From assembly GCA_965153355.1 (NCBI GenBank), contig OZ231126.1, positions 6,076,001-6,140,000 on the forward strand: DNA of 64,000 bases, given 5' to 3'. Source of the DNA: Flaccisagitta enflata (lineage: Eukaryota). The position numbers were made by a program, and so were the translations under genes. Positions 29,715 through 46,812 of the stretch are shown in pieces. The notes under the pieces were generated by a model. It was given only the letters and a program-made list of their open reading frames with translations, had not been told where the DNA came from and ran no database searches. How positions within the stretch are numbered: the stretch's first letter is position 1; every line of letters starts with the position of its first letter.

Positions 29715-30872
29715 CAGGGGTACCTATGCTAAAAAATTTTTAACATTTTTTAACATTTTGTAACTTTTAAAGTTTTTGTTAAAAAATGTTAAAAAATGTT
29801 AAAAAATGGTAATGAAAAAACTCTCAAAAGGTTATCAAAATGTTTTGAATATGTTAAAAAATGTTATAAGAATATCATGAAAGAATATCATGAAATAATT
29901 AAGAAAATAACACATTGTCAAAAAAGTTAATAAATGTTGAAAACTAATATATTAGGATAACTTGAAACAAGAAATTGTTAAAAATGTTAAAAAATTTTAA
30001 AAATTGTTAAAAAATTGTATAAAATGATATGGCACAAATGAAAATGTAAAATAAAAATGCAAAAAATATAAAAAATATAAAAGAACAAGGCAGGATACAC
30101 GACTACTCCGGTCGCATGTAAGTGGGCAGGGGCCATATTAAAGGTCACTAAACCGATTGGGCGAGAGCAGCAAGGTCATAAAATCATAAAAAAAGTGTGA
30201 TAGACCATCCAACTAGCCAACAGATGGACCGTTGGACGGATAAAGCAAATTGTCCAGTTGTCTAGCACATGACTGAATTTTTGCATACATTGTAATGTAT
30301 TGTAATTCTTGCAAATTATTATTTTAAACTAAAGCAAATACTGGGAAAAAAAACATAAAAATCTCAGAACTCTTGAACATCAGAATTGCTAGAAACTATC
30401 ATTTGAGACGGGAAAAAATAAAATACAAGAAACAAGCAAAATTTATGGTTTTGCGTTCAAATTAACTGTTTTCATTTGATGTTTTTCAATGCTTTTTTGA
30501 TATCCTGGAACGATATTCAATGATCTTACATTTTTTAATGTTTTTTTTACTATTTTTTATTACGTTTCGATATTTTTAACCTTTTCTGATATTTCAACAT
30601 CTTTTAACACTTCCTAACATTTTTAAAAATTTTTAATATTTTTTAACATTTTTTAACATTTTTAAACATTTTTTAACATTTTTGACATTTTTAACATTTT
30701 TTAACATTTTTTAACATTTTTTACCCTTTTTATTATTTTTTAACCTTTTTTAACATTTTTTAACATTTTTTAACCTTTTTTAACATTTTTTAACATTTTG
30801 TAACTTTTAAAATCTCAAATTTGTTAAAAAATGTTAAAAAATGTTAAAAATTTTTTAACATTGGTACCTCTG
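29715..30872. mobile_element. Non-autonomous TIR element filled with (TTTTAACATT) motifs
   Basis: CAGGGGTACC...GGTACCTCTG termini, TATATA on both sides; it interrupts the transposase frame. Confidence 0.8.
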
Positions 30873-31043
30873 TATATATCTACACTTTCTTCTTCAGAAT
30901 AAACCCAGTAGGTTTTTCCCACATCATCCTTGGCTCTTGTCTTGAGGGGATTGAGTTGTTGAGCTTTTATGGAATTGCTAGTTTCATCAAATGAAAGCAC
31001 CGAACATATGCTCCAGCCATCCTCCTCTCCCTCAGATGCATAT

Positions 31044-34855
<3,812 letters not shown>

Positions 34856-35986
34856 ATATGCATGTAACGGCTCTAATGACACAATAAACTCTTCATCATG
34901 TGGTGGCCATTCCGCCTCAACCAGGGATGTTTCTGAAGTGTCAACTTGTGCTTCTCTAGTTTTTTTCTTTGTCTTTGACGCAGTGAGTGAGGGATTGACT
35001 GAAAGATCATCAGTGGCAACATAGATATCTGCTTTTGAGACTGTCTCTTGATTGGCCGGGTCAACAGCATGAAGATCCAGGAAATTTTTGTACATTTGAG
35101 AGGAAGAGAGATTGTACTGTTTGAACAAGACAAAATCTGCTGGGAGCTGAGAGAACATCATTTTCTTGAGTTTTACCTCTTTCCTCATGATGGTAAGCCG
35201 GTCCTGTTCACTCAACTTTTGGATTTTTGTGAACATCTTGTTTACATCTGCCTGGGATGACATAGGAGCTTCATAATTGAACTTTTCTCTATTGCGTTTG
35301 CAGTCAGAAATTTGCTTGTTTTTTGCTTGCTCTCTTGTTAAGATATCTGCTTCTACATCAAAAACTGCTATTTTAGCCCTTGCCATATCTTTTTGGGCTT
35401 TTGACCATTGTGCATCGAGCTGCTCTATTTCCTTCTTCCTTTTCTTCAATTCCTTGTCCTTTTGAGAAGGCCAAGTTAGCATTTGAGCTAAGAACTAAGC
35501 GCTCCCCAACAGCACAAAATGCAGATCCACCTTTTTTTCTGAGCTGCTCTGACAACTCTCCAAAGTAATTTTCTCCAACTTTGTTGTCAATGGGGATTTT
35601 GTCAAGCTGTTCATCAGAGAAAATCTCTGAAAGTGGTCTCAGGTGTGACCGCTTTAAGGTCCCTGTAGCTTTTTGAGCAAGATACTCTGTGTACTCAGGG
35701 CCAAACTCATACTGAATGCCATGCTGGCTTGAAAGGCAATTTGCGAGCATTTTCATTACTGTTTGCATGGCATTTTCCAACTTGTCTGCATCAAATTCCT
35801 CCAACTTTTTTTTGAAAGAAGTCAACTATGTTTTTTTGTATTCTTTTGCAAATCCATCAGATAGCGCGGGTAGAGCATGCCTTTCAATGGAGCTAAATCG
35901 GAGTCCTTCAACAGGTGTGATCATTTGCTTGTACAGATTCTGGAAAATGATTTTCAGCTCAGAATGAGTTGGCCTTTTTGAGGAGT

Positions 35987-36069
<83 letters not shown>

Positions 36070-37998
36070 CACAATAGAGAGACAGAGAGAGAGAAAGAAG
36101 CTCTCTGATTGAAAAGATAGGATTTTTCATGTTTTCCTCTCTTCTAGGCGAAGCCTCGTCGTAAAAGTTAGGTCCGATTCATGTAACACGTTTTGCTTCA
36201 ATTCTATGATACATCAGACTCGAATATTGTTCCTATCGATTGAAATGCGAGTGCGCGAAAAATCTGCTCATTGTAAAAACCTTAATTTAAATTTATCCTC
36301 TATAGGAAATCGAGCTATTGACCTGAACTTTGTTCTAGTCAGTTTGTTTTTTGCCCATACAACATAATCAAGTTGTGTTTTAGGACTTTTGCAAAAAAAG
36401 TTTCAAAATTCAGTAAACGGATATGGACTAACTATATTTATAACTATTTATTGATTTTTTTAATGAAATTTGTGATTTTATAGTTTTATATTATTTTACT
36501 TATAAAAGAAACCCTAGTTTTATAAAGGCGTTGCTATGTTTTATTGACGAAGACAAGAATGAATTACTGGAAATAATAGATTCCTTTAAAAATAGTAAAT
36601 TATTTCCCCTGGCTATAAGTTTACGATCCCCCCTGCCTCCATCTCACCTATGGTTGTGTTTAGAGGCGGGCGAGATGTCCGTGGACGATGTCATCGGCGG
36701 GTCAAGGTTGTCGGTATGACGACGCAAACAGACGCCGGCGGCGGTTGACGGGGTGGGGGTGGGGCCAAAAGTGACGCCACCGCAAACCACGCCAAAGAGC
36801 CGCGCCAAATGATGATGGTTCCGCGTCACGACACCAGGACACCACGCCAATACGCCACACCAAAGATAACCGCGCCAAATGAAGATTTTTCTGCGTCACA
36901 ACACCAGGACACCACGCCAATAAGCCACAACGAATATAACCGAAGGAGAAACAAAAGGGACAGCAATTAAGACAGGAAATGATAAATATGAACAATATAT
37001 ATGCAGCCAAGTCAATCAACTGCGCTCAAGTCGCTATACCAAAGTACTCAGCTACAAGCTCTCCAACCTTCATGATCCACCGTGAAATCCTCCACGAACC
37101 TGGGTGAGCTGGAGAGCAGGGGAAATAGTAAATTATTTCCCCTGGCTATAAGTTTACGATCCCCCCTGCCTCCATCTCACCTATGGTTGTGTTTAGAGGC
37201 GGGCCAGATGTCCGTGACGCTGATCAGCGGGTCAACGTCGGTCTTCCGTCTTGACAGCCGCAGGATCAAACCACCCAACACTCACCCAATACTGATCCAG
37301 AGTGATTTCCCTCTCCCCTAGAAGTCAAAAGCAACGCAATAACCCAGTCACCAACAAGCGCCACCCCAATGTAACACATCCCTATGTGTGTAACCTAGTA
37401 AATCAGAGCCCGTTTAACAATATCCCAACAATGCAACATATCCTGATGTCTACAGCCCAATAAACCAGAGCCCCATTTCCTTATGTCACTCCAACGTGAC
37501 ACATCCTGATGTGTGAAGCCCTACAGACCAACCAAAGCCCATTAAGCTTGTCTTCCAATATCATTTCAAAGCCCGTACCCCAAAGCCATCTCAAAGCCTG
37601 TACCCCAATGTCCTATGTTCTTCTCGACATTGTAGCACATTGTCCCACAACGTCCCACATTGTTCCATATTGTCCTGCATTGTTCTACATTGTCCTACAT
37701 CGTTCTATATTGTTCTATATTGTTCTATATTGCTCTACATTGTTTTACATTGTCTTTTACTATCACTTAAACACCACACATCTTGAAGCGTAGCCATACA
37801 GGCCCGGTGGCCCAGCAACAGACAACAGCATGACCATACAAGAGCAAAGGGTGGGCAGCGCGACAGCACAAAGCAGGCAAAACATCACTTCATACACACT
37901 AGCACAGCAAAACGGGCACTGCTGGCTTAACTTGCAGCAGCGCAGGCCAAACATTGCATCTATCCTCACAGCCAAGCAACTAAAGCCCATAGGCACAT

Positions 37999-38913
37999 TG
38001 TTAGAAATGTATGTCTGTCCGTTTCTTAGGTATGTGTGCTTTTGTCTCTTTTGCGTGCTTTTGGCTTTTCCTCTTTCTCGATTATTCAATGCCCGTGTCT
38101 TTTGTTTCTCGCCATTTTTTATATTGAACGCTAGATGGGTAACCATATGGTTGCGCCTTGTATTTTGTGCCATTTGTTTTTATTACGTAGGCGAACATAC
38201 GTAACTCGTCTTTCGTATCGTCCAATTTTTGGATTGATTGATTTTATTTATTTACGGCATTGCTTCCTAAAGTGATTGATTGATTTTTCGTGATCGTTTG
38301 AATGCGCCCTTGGAATTCACTAATTTCAATAATCTCTCATCTTTTTATTGCAGATAAACTTATGAACGGACAATTAACGTTAATTTGACTTCGACAGACT
38401 GTGGGTTGAAACCAACGAAAGTGGGCCTAAAAGTAAGTTTTATAGACGCGTCTTTGCTTTTATTAACGTTGTTTTTTATCTTGTTTTCCGGTCTGTTATT
38501 TTGTCTTTTGCTCTTTTGCATTTTTATCGCCGGATTTTAGTATGGTTTTATCGCTTGCCCGATCAGCTTGCTATAGGGATGATATGGATGAATTTAATGG
38601 GATGGGCCGGGGCAGGGGCAGGTATTATCAGGTGGCATGGGCTCTGAAGAAGATGAACATGTTGTCATGTGCTGTTTCTGTCCTTTATTGTGTCCTATCT
38701 CGATTTCATGTTATCTTTTGCGTTTGCTGATCACAATTAACGCCCACTTTCCCTTTCATTTTTCCCCCTCTCTTCAGTTGTTGAAATTTTTATGGAATAA
38801 ACGAGACGATCGCCTTCCTATTTTCCAATCGGCCAACTTTCTTTCACCACAAGTCGTCAGTCAGATAGACGCTCATAGACAGTGCCAGTTGAAACTCGTG
38901 GGCGTAATTTATA
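37999..38913 (+). repeat. 5' LTR
   Basis: TGTTAGAAATG...GTAATTTATA; nearly identical to 50319-51230. Confidence 0.95.
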
Positions 38914-38977
38914 TTTCAACAATTTAAAAAACGACTCGACTCTTTCCGTCTTCGACCTCCGAAAACGAAATTGGACA

Positions 38978-41900
38978 ATGGCAGCCGCGCGCAACGACGA
39001 CACCGTCTCGACCGCTTCAACGTCATCTCGTGTATCTCACTTCGGTTTGAATCAGTGTCCGAGGTCGAATCGTTTGCGCGCAATGAGGAACGACATCACT
39101 GCGGAAATGGAAGGATGCCGGCGCCTTTTCGACGCCGTTTCTACTTGCACCGAAGGAACGAATGATTTCGACGACGCCGCCTGTGAATCAGATGGCGCTC
39201 GACACGGCCTTCGGGATATGGTTTACGACTTTATATCGTATGCAAGGCAAATGGCGCTCGACTCGATGCCCGGCGACCCTCTTCGATTCGCGGCGTCTAC
39301 TTTGCGTCGAATCCGGCGCGAATGGGACTCCATGCGTTTCTTTGATCGTGAGAACTATCCAGAGGGTTTTCCTTCCAACGCCGACATCGTGAACGCAGTG
39401 CACAATGACATTGGGAATCGCAAAAGACCCGTCAATGAATTCTCATGGAACAGTCTCCCAACTGACACTCACGCCGCCCGTGACAATGTTACCGGCGCTC
39501 CGACTCCAAGGATGCGAACGTCTTCGCCAAACCCCGACGGATCCGAGTATCTACCACTTCCGGTCCCGCGACATGGTGCGCAATCTCCAACTGGCGGCCA
39601 ATTTTTAAATCTGCCGCCGATCCAAAGAGGAGATGCCGTCAATCAATGGGTATCAGATTTGGTCTCGGAAATTGAACCTGCGCGTGCGTCTCCGATGGAG
39701 CAAGCTGACGACATGCTTGCGGATCTCGACGACGCCGACGCTCTTGCAAGAGGCCGCGGGATCATCAACGGATTGACGCCGCAGGAGAGGGCGAGGCGAC
39801 GCTTCGTCAACAGGAGTGCTGAGAGAGACAGATGGGGTAGGCAGTTGGAGGAGGAAATGCGACAAGGCCGTCGGCTGATTGACGATATGCAGCAGCAACA
39901 ACGGGAGGAGGAGCAGCGACAGCAACAGGAGCAACAGCAGCAGCATCAATTGCAGATGCAGCAGCAGCAACTCCAACAGCAACGTCAACTCCACCGACCA
40001 CAGGAGCAGCAGCAAACGACGGCTCAACGGCAGCAGCAAGAGCTGTTGCAGCAGCAGCAGTTGCAGCAACTCCAACAATTTTGTCAACAAGATCAACAAC
40101 AACATCAGATCCTGCAGCCGGCGCCACAACCTGTGGCTCAACAACAGCAACAATACGATCAACAGCAGCAACAGCAGCAACAGCAACAACAACAAGAGCT
40201 GCGACAACATCAAACGGCAATGCAGCCGCATGAACAACAACAACAGCGGCAAAACGATGCAGGAGAAAATACGCAACAGCAACTGCAGCAGCAACAGCAA
40301 CCTTCCGCCGCGATCCCAGCGGTGGTAGTGGATCCTCCAGCTTCAAATAACCATCCTGTCGAAAGCATGAACGTCAGTGAGGAGACAGAAGAAGAGAGAC
40401 AGCAACGCCTTGCAGATCAACGTCTGCGCATGATGGCTGAAGGTGAAGGTGGTGGTGCAGCAACAGCTCCAAAGGCGCCGATCGCGGTGCCATTGGGATT
40501 CCAACAGCGAAGCTCATCACAAGAAGACAAAGAGTTATACGACAGAATGTGTAACTTTCGCCAGCAGCAGCAACGAGATGAAGATAGAAGAGCAGGAGTA
40601 TTCAACAATGCGGCAGAAATGCAACGAAAGCACTGGAATAGCCTGAACGACGGCGGCATTGGTGGAGCTTTAGAGCAGCGGGATGTGAAGCTTAGACAAC
40701 TGTCTGAGCTGGACCAGCAGCAGCCGCAGCATCCGCCAAAAGACCGTCGATCTATCTTCAGAAATTTCAATCCGGGATTGTTCAATTCGAACATACAGCA
40801 ACGTCATGTGCAGTCAGTGGAAACGTCCGTCAAGCAGCCGATGCAGCAGCAGCAACAGTTGGAGCAGCAGCAGCAGCAAGGACAGCGTCAGCGTCAACTG
40901 CAGCAGCAGAATGAACAGCAACAGCGTCCTGACCAGCAACAGCAGCTTCAACATCAACAGTGGCAGCAGCAACGGCTTCAACAACAGCAACAGCATCAGG
41001 ATCAGCATCATCAAACCCCAGCAGCAACGATTCTCCCTACCGCACCGGAAGTGATCTTCGAGAAGCAGATTGGTTCTGCTAGAAGGGAGACTGGTCTTCC
41101 CCATCAAGAGGAAAAGGTCTTCAACACAGCCGGAAGCGGAGGTGATGCGACGGAGGCGATGCGCAGGAGGCAGAAGCAGGAGGCCGCTGACGCGAAGTTG
41201 GCACAGCAGCTGCAAGATAAAGAAAGAAGAAAAGTCGCTCCCAAGAAGACAATGAGTGGATTGCAGCCAAAGGCGCCGAAAGTAGCGCAAGCGCCTCTAG
41301 CAACGCCTCAAGCGGAAGTCATCCAGCAGAATCAACGTTTGCAGCAAGAAGTGGATAGTTTGAAGATGCAGATTCAGCAGAGAGACTTCGACCTTGCCGC
41401 AGCAAGAGCAGAAGAGAAACAACGAAAAGAGGAACAACAACAGCGACAGTACGTCCGCCAAGATTTTGATGCTCCCCGATTCCATCAAGATGATCGTCAA
41501 CAACAAGTGAATCAGCAAGAGGAAGTTGGGTGGAGTGTAAAAACCACCAAAAAGAGATCTCCGGTAAAAGTCGGGGGTCAATACGCCTTTATCCAACAAC
41601 CCCCAGCGTATCATCAAGTGGAGCATCATCAAGTAGCCCGTCAACCGGAAGTCCATGTTCAGATGCCCAACAATCCGGCTCTGGACAGGTTTTTGGAAAG
41701 AGCGACGTACAATGATCTCATGCGAGCAAGGGAGGTCGGCCTCAAAGCGTTGGAGAGAGCAAGACCTGAGAAGCCTCTGCAGGAGCTTTCATCCACCGAC
41801 TTCATGATGTGGAAGAGGAAGTTCAAAGATGCTGAGAAGCATGAGGGCTTGACGCAAATGGACATCTTATTGGAATTGCCTAAGTGGTTTGCTGGTCCGG

Positions 41901-42802
41901 CAAAAGAGATCATTGAAACTGCGACGATTGATGCAACTGAAGCGACAGCAAGAGGAGAAATTGACGACGCCTTCGCAAAAATGGACGTCGTCTTCATGGC
42001 AAGGCGCTGCAACATTGCGGCGCTGTTCAACGAAATCGTCGCGGAGGCGAAGATCCAGTCGGCCGACCATGCAAGGCATTTCAATTTGTCTGCAAGGTTG
42101 CAAAAGGCAAAGAAGATTGCGAGGACCTGTGGAGAAGTGCAACAATGCTATCGTGACGAGCTGCTGCAGGAGATCCTCAACAAGAGGGTCCCTCATCTTG
42201 CAGATAAATTCTGGGAAAAGCAACATGAAGCAGCCCAAAATGGACAATTATTTTCATTCGACAACTTGGTCAATATGATCGAGACATGGGCGGTGATTCA
42301 GCGCAACAAAGGCGCAAGCTGCAAAACAGCATCAGTGGCAGCAGTCGCAACTACAGAGAAAGAAGCGCCATCATCATATGAAGATGCTTTGACCAATGGC
42401 AAGCAAAAGACGCAGTCGACGGACCGCTGCAACGTCTGCAGTGGAATGCATCAAACAGAAGAATGTCATCAGCTGTTAGAGTTGGAAGTGGACGCGAGAG
42501 TTCAAAAGATCATGTCTCGTCGTCTTTGCTTCCACTGTCTCGCGCCAGGACACAACGCCAAAGGATGCGCGAACAGACCGACTTGCCAAACCTGCAAGAA
42601 GCGGCACGCAACGATTCTCCACGGGCGCACCTACAAGAAAGAAGAAAAGGAAGAGAAGAAAGGAGAAAATAAGCAGGGAAATAAAGTACCGCTGGCTCCC
42701 TTCAAAAAGTCAGAGGATGCGGCTGCAGCAGCACCAACAGCTCCGTCGACGGCGGAGGCAGCCAATCCTACGGAGGTGATCTCTTCTAACGTCACGGCAT
42801 GA
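38978..42802 (+). CDS. gag: Gag, very long and polyQ-rich, with a BEL/Pao triple zinc knuckle
   Basis: Uninterrupted frame; CNVCSGMHQTEEC, CFHCLAPGHNAKGC, CQTCKKRHATILH. Confidence 0.92.
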   Translation: MAAARNDDTVSTASTSSRVSHFGLNQCPRSNRLRAMRNDITAEMEGCRRLFDAVSTCTEGTNDFDDAACESDGARHGLRDMVYDFISYARQMALDSMPGDPLRFAASTLRRIRREWDSMRFFDRENYPEGFPSNADIVNAVHNDIGNRKRPVNEFSWNSLPTDTHAARDNVTGAPTPRMRTSSPNPDGSEYLPLPVPRHGAQSPTGGQFLNLPPIQRGDAVNQWVSDLVSEIEPARASPMEQADDMLADLDDADALARGRGIINGLTPQERARRRFVNRSAERDRWGRQLEEEMRQGRRLIDDMQQQQREEEQRQQQEQQQQHQLQMQQQQLQQQRQLHRPQEQQQTTAQRQQQELLQQQQLQQLQQFCQQDQQQHQILQPAPQPVAQQQQQYDQQQQQQQQQQQQELRQHQTAMQPHEQQQQRQNDAGENTQQQLQQQQQPSAAIPAVVVDPPASNNHPVESMNVSEETEEERQQRLADQRLRMMAEGEGGGAATAPKAPIAVPLGFQQRSSSQEDKELYDRMCNFRQQQQRDEDRRAGVFNNAAEMQRKHWNSLNDGGIGGALEQRDVKLRQLSELDQQQPQHPPKDRRSIFRNFNPGLFNSNIQQRHVQSVETSVKQPMQQQQQLEQQQQQGQRQRQLQQQNEQQQRPDQQQQLQHQQWQQQRLQQQQQHQDQHHQTPAATILPTAPEVIFEKQIGSARRETGLPHQEEKVFNTAGSGGDATEAMRRRQKQEAADAKLAQQLQDKERRKVAPKKTMSGLQPKAPKVAQAPLATPQAEVIQQNQRLQQEVDSLKMQIQQRDFDLAAARAEEKQRKEEQQQRQYVRQDFDAPRFHQDDRQQQVNQQEEVGWSVKTTKKRSPVKVGGQYAFIQQPPAYHQVEHHQVARQPEVHVQMPNNPALDRFLERATYNDLMRAREVGLKALERARPEKPLQELSSTDFMMWKRKFKDAEKHEGLTQMDILLELPKWFAGPAKEIIETATIDATEATARGEIDDAFAKMDVVFMARRCNIAALFNEIVAEAKIQSADHARHFNLSARLQKAKKIARTCGEVQQCYRDELLQEILNKRVPHLADKFWEKQHEAAQNGQLFSFDNLVNMIETWAVIQRNKGASCKTASVAAVATTEKEAPSSYEDALTNGKQKTQSTDRCNVCSGMHQTEECHQLLELEVDARVQKIMSRRLCFHCLAPGHNAKGCANRPTCQTCKKRHATILHGRTYKKEEKEEKKGENKQGNKVPLAPFKKSEDAAAAAPTAPSTAEAANPTEVISSNVTA

Positions 42803-45800
42803 CTGGCGGCGACGGCAACGTCGCGGTCCGTCTCTTCATTCGACGACGTTGTCCGTCCGATTGTTCCAGTGACTATCATAAACAATTCTTCGGGTGCGCA
42901 GAGGACGATTTACGCTATGATCGACTCAGGCGCTGATCGCGACGTGATCAGTACCAATGTCATTCGCAGTCTTCTGATTCCAACAAAAACAGTGCAAATG
43001 ACGGTGATTACTGTGGGAAGTCATGTTGTTGAGGATCGTTTCATCGCATCATTCACTATGCAATCGGTCGACGAAGAATACGTCGTCGACGTCAACGACG
43101 CATTGGTGGGTGATTTGTTAACGAGTGAACGCGACATTCCTCCTTTTCTCCGCGACCTATCTGACCAACCTCACATCGAAGGCATAAAATTTCCAGAAGC
43201 TGAAGGCGGTGTGATGATGATCATCGGAGCGGCGCATGCGGATGCCGCCGTCGCTCAAGAAACCGAGGGCCTTCAGGATCTTTGACTTGCTTCAGATGTC
43301 TATTCGGTTGGACTGTATGTGGAAAACGGGCAAGAGAGGACGAGATATTGCGTCGATCAACGCTATCGCGACGGATGACCCGTCCTCAACGATAACATCG
43401 ATCGCATCCTCGACAATCGCGTCCTCAACAGCAACATTGACCGCATCTTCTACCATGACTTTGCATCATCAATCGTCTCGCAAGAGGAGATGGGTGATTC
43501 CTTGAAAATGTCAGAGCGTGCAAAACGCGTTAGAGGAAAAGACATATTTTTGCCCAATTGTGAAAAAGTACTTTGCTCCCGTCACATGGAAATTTCATCA
43601 CGAAAAAATCATGAGATTCTGAGAAGAGTGAAATCACGACCGATCATGGCGAAGCGACTCGGTAACCAACGTTCGTTTAAGCGTGATCCAGCCTTCAAAG
43701 AAAGAGTCTTCCGTGAAATCGAGAAGTTTTACGAGACGGGAGTGGCGATTGAGATTGACAACGCCGGATTTACTTAAGACGGCATTGAGAAGCGCAGCTG
43801 GTACTCTGCCGCTTCATATTGTTGAATTGCGCGGAAAAACGCGCGTATGTCACGATGCGCGTGCGGCGACCGACGGGATCTCACTCAATGATTTGCTCGT
43901 CGGAGGTCCAAACTTAATGAACAGCTTGATGGACATCCTCATGCGTTCGTCAGTGGAAGATCGCTTTATGTGTGATATAAAGGCGTTCTTCCACCAGATC
44001 CGTCCATCCTGACGACGCTGATCTGTTCAGATTCTTTTGGTTCAAAGACCGTACTCTACGAGAAGCCATTTTGAATCTGTTCTTATCACATGTCTTCGGC
44101 AGCCAATCCAGCTCATTAATCACGTCTTTCACCGTCAGAAAGCATGCTGAAGTAATCCGGCCCAAATATCCCTACAACGTCTACGATCTTATTCGCCGCC
44201 TACTCGACGTGATGGAAGTGGGGGTGGGGATTCGGTCGACAAGCACTGCAGTTGAAGGTGGATGCAGTGGCGGCGATGGCTGAAGGCGGGATGGATCTTG
44301 TGAAGTGGAAAAGTAATGCGGCAATTGATGGATGGAGATCCGACGCAAGCAATTCTCATCTCAGATAAGCAAGATGATGCGCCGACGAAGGTGTTGCGTC
44401 TCATGGCTTCCGGCGGAAGACGTCTTCATCTTCATCTGCGACGAGGAATTCAAAACTCTTAGAGCAAAAACACCTCGTCAATTGGTCTCCATGCAAGCTA
44501 AACTTTATGATCCATTGGGATTTTGGAGCCCAAGCGCATACATCGGTAGACGACATCTTCAACTCTGTCGTCCACAGGAAGTGGGATGGGATTCGCCCTG
44601 GAAGAGAGCGCCGAGGAATCCTTCTTCCGCTACACTTCATCTTGGCCTCTTCTGCAACAATACCGAATTGAACGCTGGTGGAATGGCGGCGCGACAATAG
44701 TGACATTGCGGAAATAACAATTGAGATCTTTTGCGATGCGGCTCCAAAAGGCGGATATGGAGCAGTCGCATATCGACGTCAAGTCAATCGAGATGGAGAT
44801 GTTCACATTTCGTTCATCGCCTCCAAATCCCACGTCATTCCACTTAATCCCAAACGCGCTTCTCATCACAACAGCGTTCCACGCGTCGAGATTGTATCCG
44901 CAGAAAAAGCAGTGCAGCTCAAACGCTTCGTCGGAAGGACCATCGAATTGGACAATCTTGTCGTCAGATTTTGGTCTGATTCTGAATCTGCACTGAAGAT
45001 GATTTACAATCCGGCGAAACCGAGGCCTGTATTTTTCGCCAATCGTCTCTCCAAGATCCATAGCGGGTCTGATCCTCAACAGTGGCGCTGGGTTGATTCG
45101 TCAAACAACCCGGCGGACCACTGCAGCAGAGGCATCCAGGCCCATGAAGCCGAAAAATGGCGTCAATTCCATCACGGTCCTGCATTTTTGCGTTTCCCTA
45201 AGATCAATGGCCAAAGACGAACATCGCGACGCGCCCTATTTCTGCACAAGTCGCCGCATTGTATGTGGCTGAAAGTGAAAAGAAACAAGTGGCTGACGCG
45301 ATACTTCTGCAGCAGCGGGGAAAATGGATGCATGGAGTTGCGGATCATCGGCATGGTTCTTATCGCAGTCAAAAGGTGGAGAGCGTATCCAAGGGCGAAG
45401 ACACGAGCAGCAAGGGATCTCCTTCCTAAACCGGAAGTGACGCAAGACGTTTTGGAGGAGGCGCGCAAACAGCTCGTCAAGTCAATGCAGCGGCATCATT
45501 ATTCAGACGTCTTCGAACAATTGGAGTTGGGAAAAGTCTTTAAACCAGAAAGCCGTCATGACTTCATCATAAAAATAAAGAGATGCGGAAATTGAATCCT
45601 TTCGTCGACGACGACGGTATCATTCGCGCGGCAGTCGATTGGAAAACGCCGACATCGCACATGACGCTAAATTTCCCTTCATCCTGCCGCCAAAAGACGA
45701 GAATGTGAAATCATTGATTCGCCATTATCATCACAATGATTTTCACGCGGGTGCAAAGCATACATTGTGCCAATTACGCCAATTTGTGTGGATTACAAAA

Positions 45801-46812
45801 GGTCTTCAGGCTGTCAAGAGCGTCGTCAACACGTGCTTCAGATGCCAGAAGAACTTTAAAAGAACGCAAATCAGCAAATGGCCAATCTTCCATCAAATCG
45901 TCAATCCTGCGCCTGTCTTTGCAGAGACTGGATTGGATGTCATGGGGCATTTCCTAGTTAAGATGAACGGGCGTGCTGATCACAAGGTGTGGATCGCAGT
46001 GTTCACCTGTTTCGTGTCACGCCGCCGTCCATGTGGAATTGCTTCAACATGTCAGCCGATGCGATGGTAATGCAATCATCCGCTTGCAGCAAGGTAGCGC
46101 CCAGGAACTGCTTCACATCAGATTGCGGGACGAATCTAGTAGGCGCCAATAATATCCTCAAGAAGGAGATGGAAGCTTGGAACCGCTCGTCAACTCCCGA
46201 ACTGCAGCGGCGCGGCCTTCTGCGTGGGATTTCATCACATTGAGAACACCCAATTATGGAGGGGTGGGAGAGAATCGTCGCTCTCTTAAGCGCCATCTTG
46301 CTTCCATCCTCGACTGGCGCCATCCTCCACGTCGACGCCCTTCAACACTGCCGTTGTCGGTTGAAGGAATTCTCAATCGTCGTCCTCTAACAGCGCTCAG
46401 CGATGATCCAAATGACTCTGAGGCCCTCACACCGAATCATATCCCCAATCCATCGACATCCGGTCACGCCCCTCTGGATCTGGTGCAACAAGGCGCCAAC
46501 TCTTGACGCCGACTCCGCGAAGATTCACGGAGGCAAACGCGTGTGGATGCATTTTGGAAATCGTGGAGGGTCGAATATTTGTCGCTTCTTCACGCGCGAA
46601 GCAAATGGTCGAGATCCGAGAAAGACTTTGCGGTTGATGACATGGTCATCGTCATGGACGAAACGCTGCCTCGTCACAATTGGAGTTTAGGACGTGTCAT
46701 GGGCGTCGAGGGATCATCAGCCCATGTCCGGAGGGCTCACATCCGGCGCCAAGATGGAAAGATCGTGACGAAAGACCGCACAAAGCTCGTGCGGCTTGAA
46801 TTGGACTCATAA
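42803..46812 (+). pseudogene. pol: Pol (protease, RT, RNase H, integrase) broken by many frameshifts
   Basis: YAMIDSGA; RVCHDA...SLNDLLVGGPNL...DIKAFFHQI; IFCDAA...YGAVAY, FWSDS, NPADHCSRG; H..H..C..C zinc motif, GLDVMG, SDCGTNLVGA; FWKSWRVEYLSLL...KW tail. Confidence 0.92.

Noticed and set aside
39653-42247. Antisense ORFs over gag
   Set aside because: Shadow frames of CAG/CAA-rich coding sequence.
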